Positions 23,954-33,524 are shown, numbered from the stretch's first letter. The stretch: 64,000 bases of DNA from Candidatus Saccharimonadales bacterium (GCA_041752595.1 JBGSWE010000007.1:8986-72985); one strand, 5' to 3'. Notes: generated by a model from the sequence alone, not told the origin. Made by a program: numbers and translations.

Positions 23954-24604
23954 CTATAACAGACTTAATGCAATAAGTGTAACGATAGGCAGAGCAATGT
24001 TATCCAGGCCGTAAATAGCTAAGTTTTCGATACAAACTAACATTAACGACAGCATAAATATAAATGGCATTATCGTGAGTACGCTCGCAATATACGGGTC
24101 AAAAGATAAGACTAATGTAAGAATAATGAATGAAGTCAAAAAGAACACAACACTACCAATAACTGATTTTGGTTGACCGAACAAATAATACATTCCGTGT
24201 TTTTTTCCATATGTTACTCCAGCTAATGCCGCTAATCCATCCGCCAAACTAACCTGTAGTATTGCAGCTGCAAAAATCCACGGAGAAGGCTCAAAATATG
24301 CAACAATGAATACTCCAACACCAAATAATACATCTCCCCAACTTTTACGCTGAACAGCATTAATTGCATGAAATGATTTAGTGTATCGATTCAGAAAATT
24401 AATTAATACAAATCCAACTGCTAATACTAATATCCATTTGTAATCTACCCAAAACGGCAAAAAGGCTATAAACACACCAGAAACAATATGAACAAACTTG
24501 CGCGCTAGTTCATCTTTAATATGAGCTCGCTTCCAAGCAATTTCTGATACTACCAGAATTACAGCAATACATATCGACGCAATAAGTGCATTAACCATAG
24601 GCAA
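23954..24604 (-). CDS. polytopic membrane protein, polyprenol/dolichol-kinase-like (CTP-transferase 1 superfamily)
   Basis: RKFVHIVSG motif and about 6 TM helices. The assignment is tentative. Confidence 0.4.
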   Translation of the reverse strand: MPMVNALIASICIAVILVVSEIAWKRAHIKDELARKFVHIVSGVFIAFLPFWVDYKWILVLAVGFVLINFLNRYTKSFHAINAVQRKSWGDVLFGVGVFIVAYFEPSPWIFAAAILQVSLADGLAALAGVTYGKKHGMYYLFGQPKSVIGSVVFFLTSFIILTLVLSFDPYIASVLTIMPFIFMLSLMLVCIENLAIYGLDNIALPIVTLIALSLL

Positions 24605-24621
24605 ATTATAGCTGATTAAAC

Positions 24622-24657
24622 AAAATAAAAGCGACTATCAAATTGATAATCGCTTTT
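24622..24657 (-). terminator. terminator after tRNA-Pro
   Basis: On the minus strand, AGCGATTATC-aatt-GATAGTCGCT (10 bp, one G-U) followed by TTTATTTT. Confidence 0.7.
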
Positions 24658-24659
24658 AC

Positions 24660-24736
24660 TGGTCGGGGTGATAGGACTCGAACCTACGACCTCAGCGTCC
24701 CAAACGCCGCGCGCTAGCCAACTGCGCCACACCCCG
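24660..24736 (-). tRNA. tRNA-Pro (anticodon TGG), CCA encoded
   Basis: C1-G72 acceptor CGGGGTG/CACCCCG, A73, anticodon loop TTTGGGA, T loop TTCGAGT. Confidence 0.9.
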
Positions 24737-24750
24737 ACAATAACTAAGCA

Positions 24751-24779
24751 AGTATACCCTAAATTAACAGATACGACAA
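24751..24779 (-). promoter_or_regulatory. promoter of tRNA-Pro
   Basis: Minus-strand TTGTCG (24774-24779), 17 nt, TATACT (24751-24756). Confidence 0.5.
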
Positions 24780-24865
24780 GTGTGGTCGTTAGCAAAATTA
24801 ATCATCAACAAGTTATTTCCTTAAGATGGTAAACAGAGGTGAATTATGATAAAATATGATTACAT

Positions 24866-25024
24866 ATGAAATATTTATCAATATTTTTTACCATTCTTTT
24901 CATTTGGATTGCCGTGATACTAATGGCGCTTACTCGTGATAAAACAAATGAGATTTTCCAGCTCTACCTTGCAGTTATGCTCAGTACCGTAATCCTTTTC
25001 TTAATTGGCTTTGCCAAAAAATAA
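24866..25024 (+). CDS. 52-aa two-TM mini-protein coupled to the ABC1 kinase (below ORF-track cutoff)
   Basis: MKYLSIFFTILFIWIAVILMALTRDKTNEIFQLYLAVMLSTVILFLIGFAKK. Its TAA overlaps the kinase ATG (TAATG). Confidence 0.5.
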   Translation: MKYLSIFFTILFIWIAVILMALTRDKTNEIFQLYLAVMLSTVILFLIGFAKK

Positions 25025-26589
25025 TGACTAAGTCAGCAAGCGCAAAAACAATCGCGAGCATTAAAAGAGCTCGCACTAAAAGACTTGCATCGCTTATAAC
25101 GAAATCATATATACTTTACCGCCGTAAACAAGAGGAAAAGTTATACTCAACTATTTGCGAGGAGTTCATATCGCTTGGGGGGGTTTATGTTAAATTTCTT
25201 CAAGGAGTATTACTACGCTCTCCTATGATGAAAAAGTGGCATAGCCCTGACAAGCTTCGTATATTTGAAAACCTAGACTCTGAACCAATTGATATTGGCG
25301 AACTACTTAGAAGCGAACTACCCAAAAACAAACTAAGCGAGATAGCCCTTGTTCAGCCCCAACCGTTTGCAGCAGGAAGTTTCGGTCAAGTATATTACGG
25401 CCAGTTAAGAAACGGGCAGCCAATAATAATTAAAGTACTTAGGCCGATGGTTCGTGAACTTTTAAAGTATGATTTAAAATTATTAAACACATTTTCTAAA
25501 ACTTTTTTTAAAAAATTATATAAAGACTTCAACCTTCAGATAAACGATGCTCTAAAAGATTTTACAGCAGCAACACTAAGAGAAACAGATTATAAACACG
25601 AGGCTGAATTTGCAAATGAGCTATATCTTCATTACAAAAACCATAAAATAATTCATATTCCTCAAACCTACATAGATCTTTGCACAGATAATATAATCGT
25701 CCAGGATTATGTAGACGGTATTTCAATAGCCCAAGTTATTAAGCTAAAAGAACAAGGCGTAGACCCTGTCGACTACATTAAAGAGCAGTTGGACTCAGAC
25801 TTAATATTGCAAATGCAAGAATTAGGCTTTGAATCAATGATTGGTATTTTTGAAATGCCTAGAGTACAAGGTGACCCCCACCCTGGAAATATAAGAGTCA
25901 TGAAAAACAACCGCGTAGGCTTAATCGACTTTGGAATAAGCGCAACCCCGCCTAAGGACAAAAACGGAATATACGGATTACTTGAAACATACGACAAAGT
26001 TTTTAAAGGTTCTCAAACAGCAATAGCAGTGTTCGAAAATGGACTGAAATTTTTTGTAAGCGATCTATATAGAAGCTTGAGGCGAATAGGCGAATATATG
26101 AGCGTTAAAACTAATCGGGATTATGTAAATGAAATAAGTAAAGTAGCAGAGCAAGTGTTCGAAAAGTCTACTGGAAGCACTAGAGTACAAGCTAACCTAA
26201 ATAAAGACACTAGCGTACTTGAAACAATGAATAAAAACTTCAACAAAGGTAACCGGTTTGGACTAATTATAAAACTTGAGGCAACAGAAATGCTAAGGGC
26301 TATTCAAACATACACTTCACTTGTTTCTAGCCTGGGACTTTTACAAGAAGTAATGCCAGATACACTTCATAGAACAGTAGAATACATTAATTTACACCAC
26401 ACAGAAGCCATAGCTGAAGCTCCGAACGATTTGTCGATGGGAGAAGCAATTGAGACCATAACAAATTGGCTAGAACGTATTGCAGATAAAGACCCATTGT
26501 TATTTAGGCAAATATCTGAAAAGATTAATGGAGGTGGTGCTATGAATAAGGCAAATAATCTTGCTGTTGAAACAGAAGGAGAATCATAA
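25024..26589 (+). CDS. UbiB/ABC1 (AarF-domain) atypical protein kinase, soluble form
   Basis: FAAGSFGQVYYG glycine loop, IIIKVLRP lysine block, GDPHPGNIRV and IDFG. No C-terminal TM helices. Confidence 0.85.
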   Translation: MTKSASAKTIASIKRARTKRLASLITKSYILYRRKQEEKLYSTICEEFISLGGVYVKFLQGVLLRSPMMKKWHSPDKLRIFENLDSEPIDIGELLRSELPKNKLSEIALVQPQPFAAGSFGQVYYGQLRNGQPIIIKVLRPMVRELLKYDLKLLNTFSKTFFKKLYKDFNLQINDALKDFTAATLRETDYKHEAEFANELYLHYKNHKIIHIPQTYIDLCTDNIIVQDYVDGISIAQVIKLKEQGVDPVDYIKEQLDSDLILQMQELGFESMIGIFEMPRVQGDPHPGNIRVMKNNRVGLIDFGISATPPKDKNGIYGLLETYDKVFKGSQTAIAVFENGLKFFVSDLYRSLRRIGEYMSVKTNRDYVNEISKVAEQVFEKSTGSTRVQANLNKDTSVLETMNKNFNKGNRFGLIIKLEATEMLRAIQTYTSLVSSLGLLQEVMPDTLHRTVEYINLHHTEAIAEAPNDLSMGEAIETITNWLERIADKDPLLFRQISEKINGGGAMNKANNLAVETEGES

Positions 26590-26777
26590 TGTTTAATGAA
26601 TTTATACTTTTTATAAAATACCCCTACACTGCAGGTACAATTGGAATAATCTGGATTGGTAGCGCGGCTTTATTAGCAATAGATAGAGGTTTGCCGGTTA
26701 TTGGAATAGTAATTGTTAATATGTTAGCAAGTGTTGTTATTGCGGGCTTTGGCTTCCGCGGCAAGGGCGAACTTTAG
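26589..26777 (+). CDS. 62-aa two-TM mini-protein coupled to the ABC1 kinase
   Basis: ATG overlaps the kinase TAA by 1 nt. Two hydrophobic helices. Confidence 0.55.
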   Translation: MFNEFILFIKYPYTAGTIGIIWIGSAALLAIDRGLPVIGIVIVNMLASVVIAGFGFRGKGEL

Positions 26778-26778
26778 T

Positions 26779-27567
26779 CTAAGTAATTATTTGGATTTGT
26801 TCTATTGAATTAGCCCTACTAGAATCTACATCGACACTAATCATTACTGCATTAAATTGTCGCGGACCTGTTGTTTCTAGCTCGTTGCGAGTTTGGATAT
26901 TGTCCCGCCAGCGCGGTATAACACTATCCCAGGTAATACCAAGACTACTGTTCAAAATACCACACATACCGACATCAGTGATATGTGCAGTTCCGCCCTG
27001 CAAAACACGTGCATCTGCAGTTGGTACATGCCAGTGGTCACCTATAGCAGCTGTCACACGGCCATCAAGATAATGACCAATAATTATTTTTTCCGAACTA
27101 TAATCTCCGTGGAAGTTAACTATTGTAGCAACTCGATCTGTCTGATCATTCAACTGTAATATTTCATCTATCAAAGTTAGTGGATTATCGGCTTCGATTG
27201 GCGTTCCTACTTTTGAGCCCATTAGCGATATTACCAGGACACTACCTTCTGAAGTATCAACGTATTTCCAGCCCTTACCAGGACAGTTAACTAAATTAGC
27301 AGGACCGATTATTGGCACACTATCGTCTTCTAGCGATGCATGAATTTCTTGCAACGCCGGAGTGTGGTTACCTCCTGTAAAAAAATGCACTCCCGTATCC
27401 TGCAGTCTTTTCATATCAACGATCGACATACTTTTGCCCTGCGTGACATTCTCAGCCTGTGCAATCACTAAATCTATCGATTTTTCTTTAATTAGATTGG
27501 GCAATACTTTTTCAACTGTCTCAATCCCGACTTCGCCCATAACATCACCAATATAGAGTATGTTCAT
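26779..27567 (-). CDS. ymdB: YmdB-family metallophosphoesterase (2',3'-cyclic-nucleotide phosphodiesterase)
   Basis: MNILYIGDVMG start and the GNH and DFH metal blocks. Directly downstream of rny, as in Firmicutes. Confidence 0.85.
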   Translation of the reverse strand: MNILYIGDVMGEVGIETVEKVLPNLIKEKSIDLVIAQAENVTQGKSMSIVDMKRLQDTGVHFFTGGNHTPALQEIHASLEDDSVPIIGPANLVNCPGKGWKYVDTSEGSVLVISLMGSKVGTPIEADNPLTLIDEILQLNDQTDRVATIVNFHGDYSSEKIIIGHYLDGRVTAAIGDHWHVPTADARVLQGGTAHITDVGMCGILNSSLGITWDSVIPRWRDNIQTRNELETTGPRQFNAVMISVDVDSSRANSIEQIQIIT

Positions 27568-27577
27568 TGTTTAATTA

Positions 27578-29092
27578 TTATTTTGCAAACTCAATAGCTC
27601 TTGTTTCGCGGATGACATTTACTTTAATCGTACCGGGGTATTGCATAGTTGATTCGATCTTGGTTGCAATATCACGGGCAAGTTTGATGGCACTGAGATC
27701 ATCAATATCTTGAGGCTTTACAAACACACGTACTTCACGGCCAGCGCTAATTGCATAGGCTTTGTCGATTCCAGAAAAGCCAAGAGCTGTGTTCTCAAGA
27801 TCACGCATGCGCTCGCCAAAGTTTTCGGCACTGATGTTTCGAGCTCCTGGTCGTGACGCACTAATAGCATCTACGACACGAATGATTAATGCCTCAACGC
27901 TAGTGGCTTCTATATCATCATGATGTTGTTCTGCAGCCAAAGCTACTTCTTCTGGTGCACCGTACTTACGTAGCATTTCACCGCTTATATGGTGGTGCTT
28001 ACCCTCCATCTTGTGAGTAAGAGCTTTGCCCAAATCATGAACAAGCGCAGCATACTTTGCGGTTTTAACGTTTGCACCAATTTGATCAGCAATAGTACCG
28101 GCAATATGAGCCATTTCGGTTGAGTGTTTTAGCACGTTTTGGCCATAACTTGTTCGATATTTGAGCTCACCCAATAACTGCAATACTTCTTTTGGAATCC
28201 CGACAATACCAACTTCACGGGCTGCATCTTCACCAGCATGCATAACATCTTTTTGAACTTGCTTTTGGGCTTTTTCGACAACTTCTTCGATGCGTCCTGG
28301 ATGAACACGACCATCTTTAAGTAGCATTTCTAGGGCAATTCGTGCGGTTTCACGCCTTATAGGGTCAAACGAGCTAAGAATAATCATACCAGGGGTATCA
28401 TCGACCATAATATCTACACCAGTCGCGCGCTGCAAAGATTGAATGTTTCGGCCTTCTTTACCGATTATTCGACCCTTCATTTCTTCGTCCTCTAGCTTGA
28501 CTGCAGTCACGGTGCGTTCAGCCGTAACTTCACTGGCCATACGTTCCATAGCAGTTGTAATGATCATTGCAGCCTGTTCTTCAGCGTTATCTTTGGCCTC
28601 GTTTTGAAGTTTATTAATTAAACCAAGCAGGTCGTTTCTAATGTCTCTCTCGGTCATTTTCATGAGTTTATCGGCGGCTTCTACTTTACTGAGCTTGGCT
28701 ACTTTTTCTAATTTTTCTTGTTGCTTACCACGAATTGCTCGGATTTCGTCTTTTAGCGATTCGACTTCAACTTCAGAACTTCTTAGCGCTTCTGTGCGCT
28801 TATCTATTTGATCTAGTTTTTTATCTAGGTTTTCTTCTCTAGAAATTAATCTTGATTCGATTTCTTTAATTTCTTTACGTCGTTGAGCCTCGTCTTTGCG
28901 AGCCTTTTCGGAAATCTCTGAGGCCTCATCTCGAGCCTTTCGTAGTGCCTCATCGGCTTCTTTTTTAGCTTTTTTTAGCTCCTTTTCGGCAGCAGCCTCT
29001 ACAGATCCCATTTTATTTTTTGTAATAACTGTACTGGCTCCATAGCCAGCGCCAGCTCCTACAATTGCAAGTACAATTGCGAGTAGCAACAT
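27578..29092 (-). CDS. rny: ribonuclease Y
   Basis: N-terminal TM, coiled coil, KH (GRIIGKEGRNIQ), HD domain (HDLGK). ATG at 29092 with AAAGGA SD preferred over the track start at 29116. Confidence 0.92.
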   Translation of the reverse strand: MLLLAIVLAIVGAGAGYGASTVITKNKMGSVEAAAEKELKKAKKEADEALRKARDEASEISEKARKDEAQRRKEIKEIESRLISREENLDKKLDQIDKRTEALRSSEVEVESLKDEIRAIRGKQQEKLEKVAKLSKVEAADKLMKMTERDIRNDLLGLINKLQNEAKDNAEEQAAMIITTAMERMASEVTAERTVTAVKLEDEEMKGRIIGKEGRNIQSLQRATGVDIMVDDTPGMIILSSFDPIRRETARIALEMLLKDGRVHPGRIEEVVEKAQKQVQKDVMHAGEDAAREVGIVGIPKEVLQLLGELKYRTSYGQNVLKHSTEMAHIAGTIADQIGANVKTAKYAALVHDLGKALTHKMEGKHHHISGEMLRKYGAPEEVALAAEQHHDDIEATSVEALIIRVVDAISASRPGARNISAENFGERMRDLENTALGFSGIDKAYAISAGREVRVFVKPQDIDDLSAIKLARDIATKIESTMQYPGTIKVNVIRETRAIEFAK

Positions 29093-29289
29093 ATGTTTTT
29101 TCCTTTCTATGAGCACGCTCAGCCGTCAAGCCAGGCAATCACTTTCACTTCTTTAGCCTATTTTGACAAGCGAGTATTACTAAATTGAATAAATAATCGT
29201 TTAACTTGGATTTCCCTAAAACTTGAATATCCTACACTTAAGAATATCACTTAAGTTGTTAGCGCAGAAGTGCTTTTTTTTAACTTTTT

Positions 29290-29673
29290 TTAAGTTGTAT
29301 GAACCGGAGCGCCATATTCTGGGATAACAATCTTGTCATTTTTTCCATCTACAATCCAGCGTTGGCCTTTTTCTAGCCAAGTGCCTTCCCCCTGAATACC
29401 AACAATTGGAACCTCGAGTGCACTCGCAAGTGCGTTTGCGACAGACAGACCAATCCTAAGTCCTGTGAAACTACCAGGACCCTTATAGCAGACTATTCCT
29501 TCTAAATCTGCGAGACTCCTGCTTTTGCTTTCTAGCATGTCTTTTATTTTATTGTTTATTGTTTCTGTGAGCTGACGATGAGCCGTCCACACCTCATAAG
29601 CAAGCTGGAGGTCGTCTTGGTATAGCCCTACCTCGGCCTCGGGTTTATCTGTTCGAATTGTTAGTATTGTCAT
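29290..29673 (-). CDS. tsaB: TsaB-like protein, N-terminal half only (127 aa)
   Basis: GPGSFTGLRIGLSVANALA block typical of TsaB/YeaZ. Ends about 90-100 aa short of canonical length. Confidence 0.7.
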   Translation of the reverse strand: MTILTIRTDKPEAEVGLYQDDLQLAYEVWTAHRQLTETINNKIKDMLESKSRSLADLEGIVCYKGPGSFTGLRIGLSVANALASALEVPIVGIQGEGTWLEKGQRWIVDGKNDKIVIPEYGAPVHTT

Positions 29674-30155
29674 ATCAGCGCTCCCATAAAATAATCCGCG
29701 CCAACCGGAAGATTAAGTTTAACTATTCGCTTGTTCTCGCTTTTTGAGTTTCTATCAATAGAAATTAGTATTCTTTTTGGTGGTAAAGCCTCTTCAATAA
29801 TATCACCCCATTCCACCAAAATTACCCTGTTTGGCTCATCCAATACTTCACTCAGTTCATATGCTACTAAGCCTGCTTGGTTAAGTCTATAAAAATCAAA
29901 ATGATAAATCCTTAGACCGTCCCGTCCAGTATATTTTTGACAAATAGTAAATGATGGGCTAGTGACTATGTCTTCACTACCTAGACCACTAACAAATCCT
30001 TTGGCAAAGGTTGTTTTACCACCGCCAATATCAGAACTCAACACAAACACTTCTCCGCCCTTGCAGAGTTTACCGAATCTCGCGCCTATATCGAAGGTAT
30101 CTTTGGAACTGGAAGACTCTATTTGATATGTTGTGTCTATACTCATATAATGCAT
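29670..30155 (-). CDS. tsaE: tRNA t6A37 biosynthesis ATPase TsaE
   Basis: Walker A-like SDIGGGKTTFAKG, SPSFT, and H.DFYRL blocks. 4-nt overlap with tsaB. Confidence 0.85.
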   Translation of the reverse strand: MHYMSIDTTYQIESSSSKDTFDIGARFGKLCKGGEVFVLSSDIGGGKTTFAKGFVSGLGSEDIVTSPSFTICQKYTGRDGLRIYHFDFYRLNQAGLVAYELSEVLDEPNRVILVEWGDIIEEALPPKRILISIDRNSKSENKRIVKLNLPVGADYFMGALI

Positions 30156-30410
30156 ATCCTACCGCGAGCAGACCAACACCTGCAAGTATAGCTGGGTGAA
30201 AAAGGTGTTGCATCGTTTAAATAATCTTACTTATCATACTTGCTACATTTGCGCCTATTACTTTATTACTATATGCAATTGTTTAACACCCAGGCTTATC
30301 TATCATCAGAATCTTCATAGAGTTAGCTTTCGCCGATTAATTGTTCTTTTGATGAAATAGTAACCTGATGTTTCTATACTTTTTTGTTTCAAGCGTATAA
30401 TGAAATTACA

Positions 30411-30938
30411 ATGCTAAAGCTAAGCAAAAATATAATAGATATTCCAGTAATGAGCCTGAGAACTGGCGGCAGGATCGCAACTGCAACCAAGCCAATTATC
30501 AATCCTCATAGTCTTAAGATTGGGGCTTGGTATTGCGATGATGCTTTTAGTAATAAAACCCTAATTTTGCTGGCCCAAGATATTAGAGATTTCGTACCTC
30601 AAGGTATTGCAGTTAACGATCATGATGTTTTAAGTGAACAAGAAGACCTTATAAGATTACAAGAAATAATTCAGCTCAACTTTGTCCTACTTGGCAAGGC
30701 GGTTGTTTCTAACCATAAACGCAGGATTGGCAAAGTAACAGATTATGCAATTGAAACAACAACACTCATTATTCAAAAATTATATGTGTCCCGTCCTGTT
30801 TATAAGAGTCTGAGCGAGGGCCAACTTAGTATTGATCATAGTCAAATTGTGGAAATAACTGACAAAAAAATAATTATCAAAGAGGCGGATATAAGGGTTG
30901 GTAATAAATCTAGCGTTCCAGCCTTTCAGACTAGCTAG
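30411..30938 (+). CDS. PRC-barrel-like domain protein
   Basis: Pattern IIDIPVMSLRTGGRIA..., and a second similar half. ATG at 30411 lies 9 nt after TATAAT (30396-30401). Confidence 0.5.
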   Translation: MLKLSKNIIDIPVMSLRTGGRIATATKPIINPHSLKIGAWYCDDAFSNKTLILLAQDIRDFVPQGIAVNDHDVLSEQEDLIRLQEIIQLNFVLLGKAVVSNHKRRIGKVTDYAIETTTLIIQKLYVSRPVYKSLSEGQLSIDHSQIVEITDKKIIIKEADIRVGNKSSVPAFQTS

Positions 30939-31530
30939 ATTTGTCTAGAACATTTTTGATGTCGCTATAGTTAAAGCCTTGACCCATTAAATAACGTATG
31001 AGCTTTTGTTCATCTGCTTTGTATCTTTGTAGCTTACACTTTTTGGCAACTAATTGGGTTAGTCGATCTGTTTCGTTGTTTTCTTCTTTTAGTAAATTGC
31101 TACTTATTTCCCTGTCGACTCCCTTACTAACAAGTTCGGACTGTATTACCCTTTCACTTTTTCCCTTGCGTCGTCTCATCTCTATAAGCCAAGCAGCGTA
31201 TCTTGCTTCGTCTAAATAACCCCTGTCTGTAAACTCAATAATAAATTTGTCGACCAAATCAGGATCGGCCTTTTTGCGGTAAAGATAGTTTTTTAATTCC
31301 TGGATACTTCGTGGTCGATTTAGCACCCACTCCAGTGCTCTGCCTCTTAGTTTGCCGTCGTCAGATAGCTTTCTTAGCCTTTTTAGCTCTGGTTCATCGA
31401 CTTCTTGCGATATTTTGAGTTTTTCACTAACGAGTTCGTTGAGGCTAAGCGAAAACGAATATTTTCCATCAATAAAAATACTCGCTCTGTCAGGATTTTT
31501 TACCTGTTGTTTAATGGATGTAATTTTCAT
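30931..31530 (-). CDS. recX: recombination regulator RecX
   Basis: Three-repeat helical RecX pattern (FIDGKYSFSLS..., ALEWVLNRPRS..EL, FIIEFTDRGYLDE). Confidence 0.8.
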   Translation of the reverse strand: MKITSIKQQVKNPDRASIFIDGKYSFSLSLNELVSEKLKISQEVDEPELKRLRKLSDDGKLRGRALEWVLNRPRSIQELKNYLYRKKADPDLVDKFIIEFTDRGYLDEARYAAWLIEMRRRKGKSERVIQSELVSKGVDREISSNLLKEENNETDRLTQLVAKKCKLQRYKADEQKLIRYLMGQGFNYSDIKNVLDKSS

Positions 31531-31979
31531 GCTACATAGCCAAAAAATATCAAGCTAGGGAATAGTAACAAAAACCAAATATATTCTACATATTTACCGG
31601 ATTTGGTCTGAGACCATTGTATCCAGGCATGAAAATGAGCAATCTTATCACGTTTATCGCGCGGGGTTGGCTTGATATATTCGTAATAAAGCCACATCAG
31701 ATCAGGGCTGGCAGCCAAAAAAGCACATACCACCACCAGTAGTGCTATTTCAGGCCAAAACCATGCTACTGTTAGCGTGGACACTACTGCTAGAGCCATA
31801 TCTGAGTACAATATCCTAAAAAATTTCTTGCTCTTTAGGCTCATATTTAAATCAGCATAATGAGGAATAGCATCTAGTAAAAAATGGCTAAATGGGGCCA
31901 TCGTTATAGCTACAGCTGGGTATTTTTGTAGGGATATTGCAATTAATGCACCAAATAGACCGTGGTTGGTTGCCGTCAT
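31527..31979 (-). CDS. 4-TM membrane protein, YdjM/DUF457-like (paralog 2)
   Basis: MT..NHGLFG start and the H..LDAIPH motif. Paralogous to the upstream ORF. 4-nt overlaps on both sides. Confidence 0.4.
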   Translation of the reverse strand: MTATNHGLFGALIAISLQKYPAVAITMAPFSHFLLDAIPHYADLNMSLKSKKFFRILYSDMALAVVSTLTVAWFWPEIALLVVVCAFLAASPDLMWLYYEYIKPTPRDKRDKIAHFHAWIQWSQTKSGKYVEYIWFLLLFPSLIFFGYVA

Positions 31980-32428
31980 AGCGTTCTCGCAATTAAAACT
32001 AACAATATAATAGTTACCGGTATTTCAATATAGATACCCCAGAGTCTTTCGCCCCACTGAATATTCTGATGGAACCTAGTTATTGGGCCTGGTTTTGGTG
32101 GCTCATTACCAAATCTTTCAAATCCAAAGTATCGGTATAGCCACATAAAATCTGGAGATACAGCCAAAAATGCGGCTACAAAAACATACCAAGCCTGACC
32201 CCAAACTAAAAATGTTAACAATAAAACACCTAATATATCAATTAGAACCATGATGTATGTTCGCTTAAACTTAAATACCTTCTCGTAAGTTTTATCACCG
32301 ACAATTCCAAAATGTGGCAATGCATCCAAAACAAAATGACTCAAAAAAGCCAAAGGCAAAGCGAGTAATGGCTGTTTAATTAAGAGCGCAATTCCCGCCC
32401 CAACAGCTGCATGATTAATAATGGTCAT
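31976..32428 (-). CDS. 4-TM membrane protein, YdjM/DUF457-like (paralog 1)
   Basis: MTIINHAAVG start, SHFVLDALPH, SPDFMWLY shared with paralog 2. Confidence 0.4.
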   Translation of the reverse strand: MTIINHAAVGAGIALLIKQPLLALPLAFLSHFVLDALPHFGIVGDKTYEKVFKFKRTYIMVLIDILGVLLLTFLVWGQAWYVFVAAFLAVSPDFMWLYRYFGFERFGNEPPKPGPITRFHQNIQWGERLWGIYIEIPVTIILLVLIARTL

Positions 32429-32495
32429 AATCTAACTATACAATGAACTTATGAGTTAAGCTCTTTGCGACGGTTACGAGAACGCCTCCATAGGT

Positions 32496-33524
32496 TTAAG
32501 CTTTGTTGGCATCCATAACTTGTTTAGCGATTTTTTCGTAGATTTTTGGATTTTCTCGCAAATAATTTTTGCTCGCTTCACGGCCCTGACCAATTTTCTC
32601 GCCTCCGTAGCTGAACCATGCACCAGCTTTTTCGACGATTTCTTTATTTACAGCCAAGTCCAAAACATCACCTTCTTTGGAAATACCTTCGTTGTACATA
32701 ATATCGAATTCTGCCTCTCTGAAAGGTGGGGCAATCTTGTTCTTGACCACTTTTACACGGGTGCGGTTGCCAATGACGGCGTCTCCTTGTTTTATCTGAC
32801 TAATTCGGCGGATATCCATGCGAAGGCTCGCATAAAACTTGAGAGCATTACCGCCAGTAGTTGTCTCTGGGTTACCAAACATCACACCGATTTTCATACG
32901 CAATTGGTTAATAAATATAACTGTGGTGTTGGATTTGCTGATAATCGCTGTGAGTTTGCGCAGAGCTTGACTCATAAGGCGAGCCTGAAGACCCATATGA
33001 CTATCACCCATGTCGCCTTCTATTTCTGCCTGTGGAACTAGGGCTGCTACTGAGTCAACCACCACCAAGTCTACGGCGTTAGAGCGCACCAATGATTCAA
33101 CAATTTCCAAGGCTTGCTCGCCATTATCTGGCTGAGAGACTAGAAGTGTCTCTAGATTTACGCCAATCTTTTGGGCATATTGTGGATCGAGTGCGTGCTC
33201 TGCATCGATAAATGCTGCTACACCGCCCTTTTTCTGGACTTCGGCTATTGCGTGAAGTGTTAATGTGGTCTTACCTGAACTTTCTGGACCGTATACTTCG
33301 ATAATGCGCCCTTTTGGTATACCGCCACCAAGTGCTAAATCTAGGCTAACTGCACCCGTTGGGAAAGTTTCTACATTCTGGTGGGAAGATTCGCCTAGGC
33401 GCATAATAGCGCCCTTACCGAACTGCTTTTCTATATGATCCATGGCCAGGCCGAGGGCCTTTGATTTACCATCTTGTTGTGAGACGTCTTGTAATTGTTT
33501 TGGTTCAGACTGTGCTTTTGCCAT
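32496..33524 (-). CDS. recA: recombinase RecA
   Basis: Walker [20 protein letters not shown]2 loop region. SD AAGGAGAG. Confidence 0.97.
   Translation of the reverse strand: MAKAQSEPKQLQDVSQQDGKSKALGLAMDHIEKQFGKGAIMRLGESSHQNVETFPTGAVSLDLALGGGIPKGRIIEVYGPESSGKTTLTLHAIAEVQKKGGVAAFIDAEHALDPQYAQKIGVNLETLLVSQPDNGEQALEIVESLVRSNAVDLVVVDSVAALVPQAEIEGDMGDSHMGLQARLMSQALRKLTAIISKSNTTVIFINQLRMKIGVMFGNPETTTGGNALKFYASLRMDIRRISQIKQGDAVIGNRTRVKVVKNKIAPPFREAEFDIMYNEGISKEGDVLDLAVNKEIVEKAGAWFSYGGEKIGQGREASKNYLRENPKIYEKIAKQVMDANKA

Noticed and set aside
29263-29285. Plus-strand terminator-like hairpin (AGCGC-agaa-GTGCT plus T8) suggesting an sRNA between tsaB and rny
   Set aside because: The stem is only 5 bp including a G-U. 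There is no convincing plus-strand promoter (TTGACA at 29163 lacks a properly spaced -10). Likely just the A/T tract of the tsaB-rny spacer.
32520-33041. 173-aa plus-strand ORF
   Set aside because: Lies entirely antisense inside recA. Typical shadow ORF of a conserved, relatively GC-rich gene.
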